A DNA stretch of 31,825 nt, taken from IMG/VR virus record IMGVR_UViG_2617270941_000009; one strand, 5' to 3'. This stretch comes from a virus. Lineage: Duplodnaviria; Heunggongvirae; Uroviricota; Caudoviricetes. The notes under the pieces are model-generated. The model saw nothing but the letters and a program-made list of their open reading frames with translations, searched no databases and had not been told where the DNA came from. Made by a program: the position numbers and the translations under genes. How positions within the stretch are numbered: position 1 is the stretch's first letter; each line of letters opens with the position of its first letter. Shown one piece after another: positions 1 to 10,632 of the stretch.

Positions 1-204
1 TGCCCGGCATCCAACGCCATTCATGGCCATATCAATGATTTTCTGGTGCGTACCGGGTTGAGAAGCGGTGTAAGTGAACTGCAGTTGCCATGTTTTACGG
101 CAGTGAGAGCAGAGATAGCGCTGATGTCCGGCGGTGCTTTTGCCGTTACGCACCACCCCGTCAGTAGCTGAACAGGAGGGACAGCTGATAGAAACAGAAG
201 CCAC
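1..204 (-). CDS. insA: IS1 InsA N-terminal portion (partial, runs off window edge); GTG start at 204
   Basis: Minus-strand frame from the GTG at 204..202 reads [11 protein letters not shown]..., the InsA N-terminus. The track ORF 21..233 is in a different frame and is not InsA. Confidence 0.6.
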   Translation of the reverse strand, partial: MASVSISCPSCSATDGVVRNGKSTAGHQRYLCSHCRKTWQLQFTYTASQPGTHQKIIDMAMNGVGCRA

Positions 205-259
205 TGGAGCACCTCAAAAACACCATCATACACTAAATCAGTAAGTTGGCAGCATCACC
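1..259 (-). mobile_element. IS1: IS1 insertion sequence, partial (left end with 23-bp terminal inverted repeat at 237..259; element continues beyond window start)
   Basis: Reverse complement of 1..259 matches the remembered IS1 left end (GGTGATGCTGCCAACTTACTGAT... through the insA N-terminal coding region). Direct sequence recognition; no search run. Confidence 0.9.
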
Positions 260-1008
260 AGCCTTCTTGAGGCTACCACCTGTTTTCAGGTGTCATTCAG
301 ACGTGATTTGCCCCAGATTGGGAAAGCACGCTTTTTTCTCAGCTATCGTCCTCTTATTTTGCCGTTACATTTCTTTTTGCACTCTAATGATTAATTTACA
401 ATAATAATATCGGTAATTATTGAGTAATAATAAATTGATTATTGCAAATGTAATTTAATTCCATCTTCGCGTTATATTCCAATCTTTAATCTCCGCATGG
501 AACAAGTTGCATGCGTGACTATATTAAGACAACTTATAACCACCAAAACATTTGCTTTGCAAGCAAAAACAGTGACCATTGACTCTAAGAAAATTCCGAT
601 CTATTGTTAGGGTCATCAAAGTTACTTAACAGTATTCCGAAATGAAAATACAAAGCAAGCTAATTGTCTTATTAAACATTATCATTGCATTTATATTATT
701 TGAGCTTTTAGCTCAAAAATTTGGTTTGAGTACATTATTTTAAAGCAAGATAAACAATATCGGGCACTCTAGTTTTTATAATTAACAATTAAACGTCCAT
801 AAAATGTTATTTACTTTTCTTCGCTATTGTCATATCTTAATATAGTGGCTTACGCCACTCTACTTTCATCACATTTTGTACGTTTATGTACTCGCCATGA
901 AGCTCTTTCATGGCGATTTTTTATTCTTAATCCAAGAACATACTCCTTACCTATAGCAAAATCACTTTTTGAACAAAAGAATAACGTATTTAGGTAATCA
1001 TTACGAAT

Positions 1009-1590
1009 TTACCCTATAGGTGCTACTGGCCATTCAATATCCGGTGCAGTTGTTGTATTAACACGGTTCAGCAACACCCGATACTTCTTCCAGGCTTCCA
1101 GCAACGAGGTTTCTTCCTCCGTTGCAATTTCCAGATCTGCAGCATCCTGAAGCGGCGCAATATGCTCACTGGCTACCTGCATCAGGCTGTTTTTTGTTTC
1201 TTCCGCCTCCCGGATCCGGAACAGTTTTTCTGCTTCTGCATCTTTCACCCAGGCTGTGCCGTTCCACTTCTGATATTCCCCTCCCGGCGACAACCAGGTA
1301 ACATTTTCCGGTAACGGACCGAGTTCAGAAATAAATAACGCGTCGCCGGAAGCCACGTCATAAACCGTTTTACCCCGATGGTCTTCAACGAGATGCCACG
1401 ATGCCTCATCACTGTTGAAAACAGCCACAAAGCCAGCAGGAATATCTGGTGGTGCAATATCGGTACTGTTTGCTGGCAGACCTGTATGAGGCGGAATATA
1501 TGCGTCACCTTCACCAATAAATTCATTAGTTCCGGCCAGCAGATTATAAATTTTTATGGTCCGTGGTTGTTCACTCATTCTGAATGCCAT
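1009..1590 (-). CDS. tfa: tail fiber assembly protein Tfa (lambda orf-194 type)
   Basis: 193-aa translation [24 protein letters not shown]... is near-identical to remembered lambda Tfa; start overlaps stf stop (ATGA). Confidence 0.9.
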   Translation of the reverse strand: MAFRMSEQPRTIKIYNLLAGTNEFIGEGDAYIPPHTGLPANSTDIAPPDIPAGFVAVFNSDEASWHLVEDHRGKTVYDVASGDALFISELGPLPENVTWLSPGGEYQKWNGTAWVKDAEAEKLFRIREAEETKNSLMQVASEHIAPLQDAADLEIATEEETSLLEAWKKYRVLLNRVNTTTAPDIEWPVAPIG

Positions 1591-4500
1591 TATGCAAGCC
1601 TCACAATATAGTTAAATGCGATGTTTTTGACGGTGTTTTCCGCGTTACCCGCAGCGTTAACGGTGATGGTATGTCCATGTGAGCCAATCGCAACGGAGTG
1701 CGTATGAGCACCAATACCGACAGTATGTGCATGTGCGCCTGCGCTTGCAGCAGTGCCGGACAGCGAGTGGGTATGAGCACCATCTGATGATGTCTTCCCT
1801 GCATTACGAGTCTGGCCACTACCGCTTGTTGTGCTCATAATCCCCGCGCTTAGATTTGAAATCGCAGTATAACCATTAGGAAAAATGCTCGTGTTCGTGC
1901 CACCAAATGCACCGGAACTCTTGTGTTGGTGCGCACCGGCACTATTTGCTGTCCCGCTAATACTATGGGTATGTGCACCAGTGTTATTCGTGGATTTAGT
2001 GCCGTAATCAAAAGATGATGTGGTTTTCGTCCCCAAATCCGTACTGGATGCGCTGGCGCTGTGGGTATGCGATTTAATGCCATCCTGTTCCTGAGACAAT
2101 ACGGCACGACCACTGGCGGGCTTGCCCTTAATCGTCCAGCCACGCATATCAGGGATCACGCCTGACGGATAAGCGGCTGCAAGTTTCGGGTATGCAGATT
2201 TGTCAAAAGTCTGCCCCTGCATCAGGGCATAGCCAGACGGAACGGTATCTGATGGCCACGGGATTGGTGCACCGACTGGATAAAACTCTGCAGGAGGATG
2301 AGCCGAGGTGTAAAGCTGCGCCCACGGCGACCAGTTTGCGTCGGTCGTATCCCGTCGTGAACGAATAAATGCCGGAGCATGAGCACCGCTTGTACCACTC
2401 CAGCCGATGAGTAACTCACCTTCGCCAACGGCTGTCATCCCTTTCAGGTGAATGATATTTCCATACGCTGTTGGATATCCGTTGTTATACACCTCGTATA
2501 ACTCAAGACCTGCTGCCCCCTGCGTATTGTCTGTCAGCGCGGTTACCCGACCTTTTGAAGCCAGATTAACTGATGATACTGCTGTTCCACCTGACGGTAA
2601 CGCCCCGATCTCTGATGCCGTTGGCTTATTTCTGGAGTTATAGTCCCTTCGCCAGCCAGGTGAATAATCTGTTCCGTGATTAATATAGGTAAACTGGGCG
2701 TTAGTTGTTCCACCACCAGTGGAGGTGGTCGGTGTGGTAATGCGGATCGTCATCGCTGACTTTATCCCCATTACTTCAATGACAGCTCCGGCGAGATGAA
2801 TATTACCGCAGTCAGTATCAGTAATGATTTTATTATTGCCATAAGACCAGGAACCCTTGCACATCCAGTATGGATGGTTAAATGCTCCCTGAGAATCCAG
2901 CCACTCGATAAACTGTGCAGTCGTCCAGTTTCCTGTTGTTGTGCTTACTGACCCACCGAAGGCACGGCAGGCACCAATATTTTTCGTAAAGGTATCTTTG
3001 CCAGGGATATCCGCACCGTTCTGATCTTTCTGCAGACGTTTCTCAGCATTGTCATTGGCTGCTTTTACTGCCTTTGGTGTCGCGGCAAGCGTTTCAGACG
3101 TGCTGTTGGTCGCGCTGCTTAGCTGGATTATCCCTTTCTGTGCTGTCGTTGCATCCTGTGCGGTGTATTTCCCGTTAGCCAGGTCATACGCGGCCTTAAC
3201 GGCTTTTGGCGTTGCCGCCAGTGACTCGGAAGTGCTGTTGGTCGCACTGCTGAGCTGTACTATCCCCTTTTTCGTCGTGCTCGCATCCTCAAGCGCCACG
3301 GCGGATGCAATATCCTCTGCCCGTTTTGCCGCTGTCTCAGCGCGCGTTGCTGCGGATTCTGCCGTACTTTTGCTCTGTGCTGCCGCTGTCGCACTGCCAG
3401 CAGCCTCTGTCGCCTTTGTGGATGCCGTCGTGGCGCTGCCCTTCGCTGCTGACGCCTGTCTGGTCGCCTCATCTTTTGAAGCAGACGCCGATGATGCCGA
3501 TGACGCCGCCGAACTGGCGGATGATGCGGCAGCCGTTTTTGAGGATTCTGCGCTGGTTTCCGACGCTTTCGCGTTCGTCTCGGATGTCTTCGCTGCGGAA
3601 GCTGACCTCGCTGCTGCGCTGGCCTGTTCAGTGGCTTCGCCAGCCTTCGTTGTGGCTGTTGAAGCAGACGAGGCGGCACTTTCTGCCGACTTTCCGGCAG
3701 CGGTGGCACTGGCTGAGGCCTGCCCGGCACTTGTTGACGCGGCACTGGCAGATGATGCAGCCGCTGTTTTTGAGCCTGCCGCAGCTGAGGCACTCTGTCC
3801 CGCTGCCGTTTCAGAAGACCTGGCGTTCGTCTCGGACGTCTTTGCCGCCTTCGCGGAATTTCCTGCCGCCGTTGCCGAGGAAGCTGCGCTGCTGGCGCTC
3901 GAGGCTGCGCTCGTTTCTGATGATTTCGCTGCCTCTTTTGAGGCCGCCGCATCCCGGGCTGAGGTGGCAGCTTCTGACGCCTTTGTGGTCGCTGCGGATG
4001 CAGAAGTGGCTGCAGATTTTTGTGACGCTGCCGCATTCGTTTCTGACGTTTTCGCGGCACTGGCACTGGTAGCTGCCGCGCTTTTTGAGGACTCTGCAGC
4101 GGCAGCACTTTTTGATGCTTCAGTAGCCTTTGTTGATGCCGTTCCTGCGCTGGAAGACGCTGACTGAGCCGACGTCGCGGCCTGCCCGGCTGATGTGCTG
4201 GCTGCACGTGCTGAGCCTGCAGCATCAGTCGCATGGGTTGCCGCCTCACGGGCTGATGTGCTGGCATCGCTGGCTGACTTCTTCGCGGCTGCTGTGTTCT
4301 GCGCCACTGCGGACGCGTTACGCGCCACCTCTTCCACCATCAGTTCAAAACGGCGCAGTGCCTCAGGACGGGCATCATCCTCCGTCATGGCACCGAGAAA
4401 ATCATTCAGCGTACCGGGTCGGGAATCTTCATACACGGTGATGGTCCCGGCATGTGACGGCGGGAATCCTTCCACCAACAGAATAACGCTGTACTGACCG

Positions 4501-4664
4501 TACTCAACGTCCATGCTGTAACGCCCGGCCTCATCCGGATTTTCTGAGGCCAGCGTGTTCACCACCACCGTGGTGCTGTTACGTTTTGCTTTCAGCTGGA
4601 TTGTGCAGTTCTGTACCGGTTTTCCTGTGCCGTCTTTCAGTACACCTGAAATCTTTACTGCCAT
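1590..4664 (-). CDS. stf: side tail fiber protein Stf with long Ala/Ser/Thr-rich low-complexity region and His-rich C-terminal receptor-binding part
   Basis: Translation from the ATG at 4664 ([27 protein letters not shown]...) matches the lambda Stf N-terminus; C-terminus ...[31 protein letters not shown] matches the lambda Stf end. The track start at 4670 is GTG; the ATG at 4664 with GGGGTGA upstream is preferred. Confidence 0.85.
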   Translation of the reverse strand: MAVKISGVLKDGTGKPVQNCTIQLKAKRNSTTVVVNTLASENPDEAGRYSMDVEYGQYSVILLVEGFPPSHAGTITVYEDSRPGTLNDFLGAMTEDDARPEALRRFELMVEEVARNASAVAQNTAAAKKSASDASTSAREAATHATDAAGSARAASTSAGQAATSAQSASSSAGTASTKATEASKSAAAAESSKSAAATSASAAKTSETNAAASQKSAATSASAATTKASEAATSARDAAASKEAAKSSETSAASSASSAASSATAAGNSAKAAKTSETNARSSETAAGQSASAAAGSKTAAASSASAASTSAGQASASATAAGKSAESAASSASTATTKAGEATEQASAAARSASAAKTSETNAKASETSAESSKTAAASSASSAASSASSASASKDEATRQASAAKGSATTASTKATEAAGSATAAAQSKSTAESAATRAETAAKRAEDIASAVALEDASTTKKGIVQLSSATNSTSESLAATPKAVKAAYDLANGKYTAQDATTAQKGIIQLSSATNSTSETLAATPKAVKAANDNAEKRLQKDQNGADIPGKDTFTKNIGACRAFGGSVSTTTGNWTTAQFIEWLDSQGAFNHPYWMCKGSWSYGNNKIITDTDCGNIHLAGAVIEVMGIKSAMTIRITTPTTSTGGGTTNAQFTYINHGTDYSPGWRRDYNSRNKPTASEIGALPSGGTAVSSVNLASKGRVTALTDNTQGAAGLELYEVYNNGYPTAYGNIIHLKGMTAVGEGELLIGWSGTSGAHAPAFIRSRRDTTDANWSPWAQLYTSAHPPAEFYPVGAPIPWPSDTVPSGYALMQGQTFDKSAYPKLAAAYPSGVIPDMRGWTIKGKPASGRAVLSQEQDGIKSHTHSASASSTDLGTKTTSSFDYGTKSTNNTGAHTHSISGTANSAGAHQHKSSGAFGGTNTSIFPNGYTAISNLSAGIMSTTSGSGQTRNAGKTSSDGAHTHSLSGTAASAGAHAHTVGIGAHTHSVAIGSHGHTITVNAAGNAENTVKNIAFNYIVRLA

Positions 4665-4671
4665 ATTCACC

Positions 4672-4702
4672 CCACAAAAAAGCCCGCCTGAACCGGCGGG
4701 CT
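4672..4702 (-). terminator. putative intrinsic terminator downstream of lom (GC hairpin GCCCGCCGG..CAGGCGGGC followed by U-run on minus strand)
   Basis: Inverted repeat agcccgcctgaaccggcgggct seen in sequence, with a T-run on the minus strand after the stem. Confidence 0.4.
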
Positions 4703-4728
4703 GTCATAACACTGTGTTACCTGGCTAA

Positions 4729-5328
4729 TCAGAATTTATAACCGACACCCACGATGAAACCGTCAGTGCGCCAGTCACCACTGCCGGAGCCTTCATAAGC
4801 AATATCAATGGCCACGGATTCGGTCGGGTTAAACTGCACGCCAGCCCCCCACGCCAGAGACGTGTTGCTGTGGCGACCGTCATCACTTCCGGTCAGCACG
4901 TCGTGCGTTTTCCCCTTGTTGTCAGTTACGCGGAGATAATCCCCGGAGAAAGTCGACACACGGCTGTAAGCCATACCCGCCATCGCATACGCGCTGAACC
5001 ATTCATTCACGCGCACAGACGGCCCCGCCATTACGCTGAACCAGCGGTTACGAACGGAATCTTCATGCCAGCGGGTATTGCTGTAACGGGTCAGCTGGCG
5101 ATTCTTGTCTCCTGCATAGCTGAATGACGTCACCAGCCCCAGCGTATCCGTAAACTCGTAGCGGTATTTCACGTTAATCCCGTTCAGATCATCGCTGCCG
5201 GGTACGTTGGTCCGGGCATGAAGATACCCCGCGCTCAGTGTGGACTGATGTTCAGACGCCCATGAAGGCGCACCGGATACGGCCAGACAGATGGCTGCGG
5301 ACAAAATTGCTGCACAAACTTTACGCAT
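4729..5328 (-). CDS. lom: outer membrane protein Lom (Ail/Lom family)
   Basis: 199-aa translation with signal peptide and C-terminal ...FIVGVGYKF, matching remembered lambda Lom. Confidence 0.9.
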   Translation of the reverse strand: MRKVCAAILSAAICLAVSGAPSWASEHQSTLSAGYLHARTNVPGSDDLNGINVKYRYEFTDTLGLVTSFSYAGDKNRQLTRYSNTRWHEDSVRNRWFSVMAGPSVRVNEWFSAYAMAGMAYSRVSTFSGDYLRVTDNKGKTHDVLTGSDDGRHSNTSLAWGAGVQFNPTESVAIDIAYEGSGSGDWRTDGFIVGVGYKF

Positions 5329-5398
5329 AATTACCTCTCGCTTTTCTGCAATAAAAAAGGCGTCATTCCTGACGCCCTTTATTGGGGTTATAAATATT

Positions 5399-6576
5399 TC
5401 AACGAATACTGATGCCGGAAGCAGCCTTTTTGGTCACAATCACCGTACAGTCGGTGATATTACCTGCCCCCTGATTGCCTTTCTGGAAAATCTTAAACTC
5501 CAGAGTGACGCTTCCTCTGCCACTCGGCATATCAATAACCGCACTGTAACTACCGGGAATGGCCCCTTTAGTTTCTCTGGATGCGATTAATACGCCGTTT
5601 TTGCGAACTTCAAAACCATAACCTGTGTATCGCGTGCCTCCGGGGTTATTTCCGCTCCCCGGATCGTCATACGCCACACCGTTAAAAATAATGGGCGGAA
5701 TAATGATTTGACGGTCAAAGTTATGATCATCGCTGATAGTGACTGTAACCGTCCCGTTTGGTGTTTCCGTGTTACCCCACGTACCAGCCTTCTTCGGGAA
5801 TGATTTGGATACTGTTTTAACAAAATCGCCTCTGACCTGATTCGCCTCCAGCATGCCCTTAATCGTACAGTTCTCATTTATCTTGACGTTGTTTAGCGTC
5901 CCGGCGTTCGCATTCACACTGCCACTGATATCCGCATTTTTCGCCGTCAGTCGCCCGTCCGGTGTCAGGGAAAATGCCGGAGGATTACCGCCGCTGGTAA
6001 TGGTAGGAGCCGTCAGGCGTTTCAGGAACACGTCGTTCATGAATATCTGATCGCCCTGCCCAACAAACATCGGCTTTGTGTTGCCATTCGCAGGATTAAT
6101 CATCGCAATCCTGTCTGCCGCCAGCAGCACCTGACTCTGCATGCCGTCAGGGGTGTTCTCAATACCGGCACCAATACCCGCGATATAAAGGCGTCCGTCC
6201 TGCATCTGCTGCAGCTTCACAGCCCACATGCTGTTCAGATTATTATTTGTATCAACCTGAACCTTCTGTATCTGCTGGATCGCTGCACTCTGGTCTTCCA
6301 GTTTCTTATTGACGGTCTGTGTGATTTCATTGCTGACATCCGTAATGGATGTCCTGATTTCAGCCAGGTCAGGCGCAAGCTGACCGTTATCAATCTGCGT
6401 CCACAGCTCCTGAGCCAGATGGGTTTTCCCTATCTCGCCTTTGAAAAAATCCAGATAGCCGGATGCGTCATCACTCGGCTGACCAACAGCCTCCACGAAT
6501 GCCGATTTGCCAACGGTGTTCACACTGCGAACGTAAAAATAATAATTATGGCCCGGCCTGATATTGATACTGGCGG
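5399..6576 (-). pseudogene. J: C-terminal fragment of tail tip protein J (host specificity protein), 5'-truncated by an internal prophage deletion
   Basis: Translation ...[33 protein letters not shown]...[30 protein letters not shown]... resembles the J C-terminal region. The first ~35 residues of the track ORF 5399..6688 are read through the nu1/cos region and are not J. Confidence 0.8.
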
Positions 6577-6623
6577 CTACTCGCACCGAAAATGTCAGCC
6601 AGCTGCTTTTTGTTGACTTCCAT
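6577..6623 (-). pseudogene. nu1: remnant of terminase small subunit nu1 (first ~15 codons, [15 protein letters not shown]) fused at a deletion junction to the J fragment
   Basis: Minus strand from the ATG at 6623 reads ATGGAAGTCAACAAAAAGCAGCTGGCTGACATTTTCGGTGCGAGT, the lambda nu1 start, then diverges into J-frame sequence. Confidence 0.65.
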
Positions 6624-6800
6624 TGTTCATTCCACGGCCAAAAACAGAGAAAGGAAACGACAAAGGCCCAAAAGTTCGTTTTCAGCACCTGTCGTTTCCT
6701 TTCTTTTTAGGGGGTATTTTAAATAGAAACATTAAGTTACGACGAAGAAGAACGGAAACGCCTTAAACCGGAAAATTTTCATAAATAGCGAAAACCCGCG

Positions 6801-6812
6801 AGGTCGCCGCCC
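6801..6812. other. cos: cosN cohesive-end site (12-nt GGGCGGCGACCT, seen as reverse complement), flanked by cosB and cosQ-like sequence
   Basis: aggtcgccgccc at 6801..6812 with flanking ...CGCGGGTTTTCGCTATTTATGAAAATTTTCCGGTTTAAGGCGTTTCCG on the minus strand matches the remembered lambda left end. Confidence 0.8.
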
Positions 6813-7011
6813 CGTAACCTGTCGGATCGCCGGAAAGGACCCACAAAATGATAATAATTATCATCTACATGTCACAACGTGCATCTACGCCATCAAACCA
6901 CGTCAAATAATCAATTATGACGCAGGTATCGTATTAATTGATCTGCATCAACTTAACGTAAAAACAACTTCAGACAATACAAATCAGCGACACTGAATAC
7001 GGGGCAACCTC

Positions 7012-7206
7012 ATGTCAACGAAGAACAGAACCCGCAGAACAACAACCCGCAACATCCGCTTTCCTAACCAAATGATTGAACAAATTAACATCGCTCTTGA
7101 GCAAAAAGGGTCCGGGAATTTCTCAGCCTGGGTCATTGAAGCCTGCCGTCGGAGGCTAACGTCAGAAAAGAGAGCATATACATCAATTAAAAGTGATGAA
7201 GAATGA
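7012..7206 (+). CDS. small hypothetical protein (64 aa), ylcI-like, possible ribbon-helix-helix DNA-binding fold
   Basis: ORF MSTKNRTRRTTTRNIRFPNQMIEQINIALEQKGSGNFSAWVIEACRRRL; position and size match DLP12 ylcI. Family assignment is from memory. Confidence 0.5.
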   Translation: MSTKNRTRRTTTRNIRFPNQMIEQINIALEQKGSGNFSAWVIEACRRRLTSEKRAYTSIKSDEE

Positions 7207-7370
7207 ACATCCCGCGTTCTTCCCTCCGAACAGGACGATATTGTAAATTCACTTAATTACGAGGGCATTGCAGTAATTGAGTTGCAGTTTTACCACTTTC
7301 CTGACAGTGACAGACTGCGTGTTGGCTCTGTCACAGGTTAAGTAGTTTGAATGATTAGCAGTTATGGTGA

Positions 7371-7577
7371 TCAGTCAACCACCAGGGAATAATCCTTCAT
7401 ATTATTATCGTGCTTCACCAACGCTGCCTCAATTGCCCTGAATGCTTCCAGAGACACCTTATGTTCTATACATGCAATTACAACATCAGGGTAACTCATA
7501 GAAATGGTGCTATTAAGCATATTTTTTACACGAATCAGATCCACGGAGGGATCATCAGCAGATTGTTCTTTATTCAT
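7371..7577 (-). CDS. small hypothetical prophage protein (68 aa), ybcW-like
   Basis: ORF with position and size matching DLP12 ybcW and the lambda right-end ORFs. Confidence 0.5.
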
Positions 7578-7862
7578 TTTGTCGCTCCATGCGCTTGCTC
7601 TTCATCTAGCGGTTAAAATATTACTTCAAATCTTTCTGTATGAAGGTTTGAGCACGTTGGCCTTACATACATCTGTCGGTTGTATTTCCCTCCAGAATGC
7701 CAGCAGGACCGCACTTTGTTACGCAACCAATACTATTAATTGAAAACATTCCTAATATTTGACATAAATCATCAACAAAACACAAAGAGGTCAGACCAGA
7801 TTGAAGCGATAAAAACGATAATGCAAACTACGCGCCCTCGTATCACATGGAAGGTTTTACCA

Positions 7863-8273
7863 ATGGCTCAGGTTGCCATTTTTAAAGAAATATTCGATCA
7901 AGTGCGAAAAGATTTAAACTGTGAATTGTTTTATTCTGAACTAAAACGTCACAATGTCTCACATTATATTTACTATCTAGCCACAGATAATATTCACATT
8001 GTGTTAGAAAACGATAACACCGTGTTAATAAAAGGACTTAAAAAGGTTGTAAATGTTAAATTCTCAAGAAATACGCATCTTATAGAAACGTCCTATGATA
8101 GGTTGAAATCAAGAGAAATCACATTTCAGCAATACAGGGAAAATCTTGCTAAAGCAGGAGTTTTCCGATGGATTACAAATATCCACGAACATAAAAGATA
8201 TTACTATACCTTTGATAATTCATTACTATTTACTGAGAGCATTCAGAACACTACACAAATCTTTCCACGCTAA
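7863..8273 (+). CDS. DUF1398-type prophage protein, ybcV-like
   Basis: Translation from the ATG at 7863 ([43 protein letters not shown]...) matches remembered YbcV; the track start at 7740 is a TTG and is less likely. Confidence 0.6.
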   Translation: MAQVAIFKEIFDQVRKDLNCELFYSELKRHNVSHYIYYLATDNIHIVLENDNTVLIKGLKKVVNVKFSRNTHLIETSYDRLKSREITFQQYRENLAKAGVFRWITNIHEHKRYYYTFDNSLLFTESIQNTTQIFPR

Positions 8274-8563
8274 ATCATAACGTCCGGTTTCTTCCGTGTC
8301 AGCACCGGGGTGTTGGCATAATACAATACATGTACGCGCTAAACCCTGTGTGCATCGTTTTTAATTATTCCCGGACACTCCCGCAGAGAAGTTCCCCGTC
8401 AGGGCTGTGGACATAGTTAATCCGGGAATACAATGACGATTCATCGCACCTGGCATACATTAATAAATATTAACAATATGAAATTTCAACTCATTGTTTA
8501 GGGTTTGTTTAATTTTCTACACATACGATTCTGCGAACTTCAAAAAGCATCGGGAATAACACC

Positions 8564-8857
8564 ATGAAAAAAATGCTACTCGCTACTGCGCTGGCCCTGC
8601 TTATTACAGGATGTGCTCAACAGACATTTACTGTTCAAAACAAACAGACAGCAGTAGCACCAAAGGAAACCATCACCCATCATTTCTTCGTTTCTGGAAT
8701 TGGGCAGAAGAAAACTGTCGATGCAGCTAAAATTTGTGGCGGCGCAGAAAATGTTGTTAAAACAGAAACCCAGCAAACATTCGTAAATGGATTGCTCGGT
8801 TTTATTACTTTAGGCATTTATACTCCGCTGGAAGCGCGTGTGTATTGCTCAAAATAA
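8564..8857 (+). CDS. bor: Bor lipoprotein (serum resistance, Iss family), lysogenic conversion factor
   Basis: 97-aa translation MKKMLLATALALLITGCAQQTF... with lipobox LITGC, matching lambda Bor/DLP12 BorD; opposite strand to the lysis genes as in lambda. Confidence 0.9.
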   Translation: MKKMLLATALALLITGCAQQTFTVQNKQTAVAPKETITHHFFVSGIGQKKTVDAAKICGGAENVVKTETQQTFVNGLLGFITLGIYTPLEARVYCSK

Positions 8858-8888
8858 TTGCATGAGTTGCCCATCGATATGGTCAGCT

Positions 8889-9362
8889 CTATCTGCACTG
8901 CTCATTAATATACTTCTGGGTTCCTTCCAGTTGTTTTTGCATAGTGATCAGCCTCTCTCTGAGGGTGAAATAATCCCGTTCAGCGGTGTCTGCCAGTCGG
9001 GGGGAGGCTGCATTATCCACGCCGGAGGCCGTGGTGGCTTCACGCACTGACTGACAGACTGCTTTGATGTGCAACCGACGACGACCAGCGGCAACATCAT
9101 CACGCAGAGCATCATTTTCAGCTTTCGCATCAGCTAACTCCTTCGTGTATTTTGCATCGAGCGCAGCAACATCACGCTGACGCATCTGCATGTCAGTAAT
9201 TGCCGCGTTCGCTAGCTTCAGTTCTCTGGCATTTTTGTCGCGCTGGACTTTGTAGGCGATTGCGTTATCACGGTAATGATTGACCGCCCATGACAGGCTG
9301 ACGATGATGCAGATAATCAGAGCGGATATAATCGCGGTTACTCTGCTCACTGTTGCCCCCAC
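8889..9362 (-). CDS. Rz: Rz i-spanin (inner membrane spanin subunit)
   Basis: Translation ...[54 protein letters not shown]... matches lambda Rz; N-terminal TM helix. Start may be the GTG at 9362 or the GTG at 9350. Confidence 0.85.
8948..9130 (-). CDS. Rz1: Rz1 o-spanin lipoprotein, embedded in the +1 frame of Rz
   Basis: 60-aa translation [24 protein letters not shown]...[29 protein letters not shown] with lipobox and proline-rich region, wholly inside Rz. Confidence 0.85.
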   Translation of the reverse strand: MRKLKMMLCVMMLPLVVVGCTSKQSVSQCVKPPRPPAWIMQPPPDWQTPLNGIISPSERG

Positions 9363-9844
9363 AAACAGACTTCACGCTCAATCTCACGACGAGTCATCAG
9401 GCCTTTCCATTGCTTACCGCCAGCGTATGTCCAGCGACGCAGCTGATCACATGCGCCTTTGATATCGCCCTGGTTTATTTTGCGAAGAAGCGTCGATGTT
9501 CTAAAATTGCCAGCACCCACGTTGTAAACGAATGAGTAAAGAGCGCCGCGCGTTGTTTCCGGTATATCGACTTTGATATACGGGTTAATTTGTCTGGCGA
9601 CAGTGGCAAGGTCTTTATTCAAGAGTGCTTTGCATTCTGCTTTGGTATACGTTTTACCGAGCATGATGTCTTTTCCGGTGTGTCCGTGACATACAGTCCA
9701 TACACCAACAATATCTTTGTATGGTATGTAGCTGACACCTTCCAGACCATCGTTACCACTTGGGCCAGTGATTAACACTGATGCTATAGCAATTGCTCCG
9801 CCACCAATAGCAGCAGCAACGGCTTTTCGTAATGATGGAGGCAT
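9347..9844 (-). CDS. R: SAR endolysin (phage 21 R21-type lysozyme with N-terminal signal-anchor-release domain)
   Basis: 165-aa translation with Gly/Ala-rich weakly hydrophobic N-terminus ([20 protein letters not shown]), typical of a SAR domain, followed by a lysozyme-like domain; stop overlaps the Rz start. Confidence 0.85.
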
Positions 9845-10059
9845 TATTCACCTCTCGCAGCCTTGCGCTTATCTTCTTTAATCTTGAAATAAAGGTTTGT
9901 CAGGTACGTCAGCAGGCCAAATACCAGGCTACCCAGCACACCTATTGCTGCCCACTGTGAGGGAGTGACTTTATCTAGCAGCTGTAAAAACCAGTACCCG
10001 GCACTACCTGCTGAGGTGCCATAGGCGACACCCGTTGTTAACTTATCCATGGATTTCAT
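9844..10059 (-). CDS. S: pinholin S21-type with dual-start motif (M1 and M4: antiholin/holin)
   Basis: 71-aa translation [26 protein letters not shown]..., two TM segments and a charged C-terminus; matches remembered phage 21 S21 / DLP12 EssD. Confidence 0.9.
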
Positions 10060-10170
10060 AACCCCACCTCGCAGACAAAGCGGGTGTAAATTGAGGGAAT
10101 ACTACGAAACGTAACAGACTCGGAGTCAGTGAATAACTCAGGTATTGGGTTATCAGCTAATATCGAGACT

Positions 10171-10201
10171 CAAAAAATGGAAAAACCCGCTCGACGGCGG
10201 G
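10171..10201 (-). terminator. intrinsic terminator upstream of S on the late-gene strand, tR'-like
   Basis: Minus-strand hairpin CCCGCCGTCGAGCGGG followed by UUUUUCCAUUUUUU, about 115 nt upstream of the pinholin start. Confidence 0.5.
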
Positions 10202-10386
10202 TTTAAGCTGTGTGACGAAGTAACCACTCTTAACAGCATAACCAATTTTTTACGTACGTAAACCACTAAATGATATTTGAGAGAATGCTACCGAGTATTG
10301 AAAACACCACTACAAATACATAAGCAAATCTCAACAAATAACCAAAAAATAATTTCCAGTGTTATTTTTAGCCGGTTTAAATTGAA

Positions 10387-10430
10387 CCTTCAAATTATAG
10401 AGCACTTATAAATAACAGCCGTTAATATAA
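10387..10430 (-). promoter_or_regulatory. candidate late promoter (PR'-like) with perfect TATAAT -10 at 10394..10399 on minus strand, ~190-200 nt upstream of the tR'-like terminator
   Basis: TATAAT hexamer seen on the minus strand; spacing to the downstream terminator resembles the lambda PR'-6S RNA-tR' arrangement. No convincing -35 found. Inference. Confidence 0.3.
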
Positions 10431-10632
10431 ATTGGCTAATAGATTTATTTTTATTCAGCCAAGAGCCATGAATAGGATTCGATAGAAAAAAGTTCAGATA
10501 AAAATAGAGATCTACTTCACAAATCAAACGAGAAACCAAAACTTACATCTTGAAATAATCACATTGATTAGATGAATATTTATCGCGCAGTGACATCATT
10601 TTTTAATAATAGTTCAAAAAAAAGGGCTCACG

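Noticed and set aside
21-233. 70-aa ORF on the minus strand inside IS1
   Set aside because: Wrong frame relative to InsA, whose GTG start is at 204..202; an artefact of the IS1 sequence.
1245-1611. ORFs 1245..1526 (-) and 1378..1611 (+) overlapping tfa
   Set aside because: Fully embedded in or antisense to a well-supported tfa reading frame; no RBS or recognisable product.
3049-4497. Five long overlapping ORFs (up to 372 aa) on both strands inside stf
   Set aside because: They lie within the Ala/Ser-rich repeat tract of stf and have low-complexity, poly-Ala/Arg/Pro-type translations typical of off-frame reading of GC-rich repeats.
10060-10632. Possible protein-coding gene in the AT-rich segment between the pinholin and the porin
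   Set aside because: No ORF of meaningful length on either strand; better explained as late promoter/terminator and porin promoter sequence.
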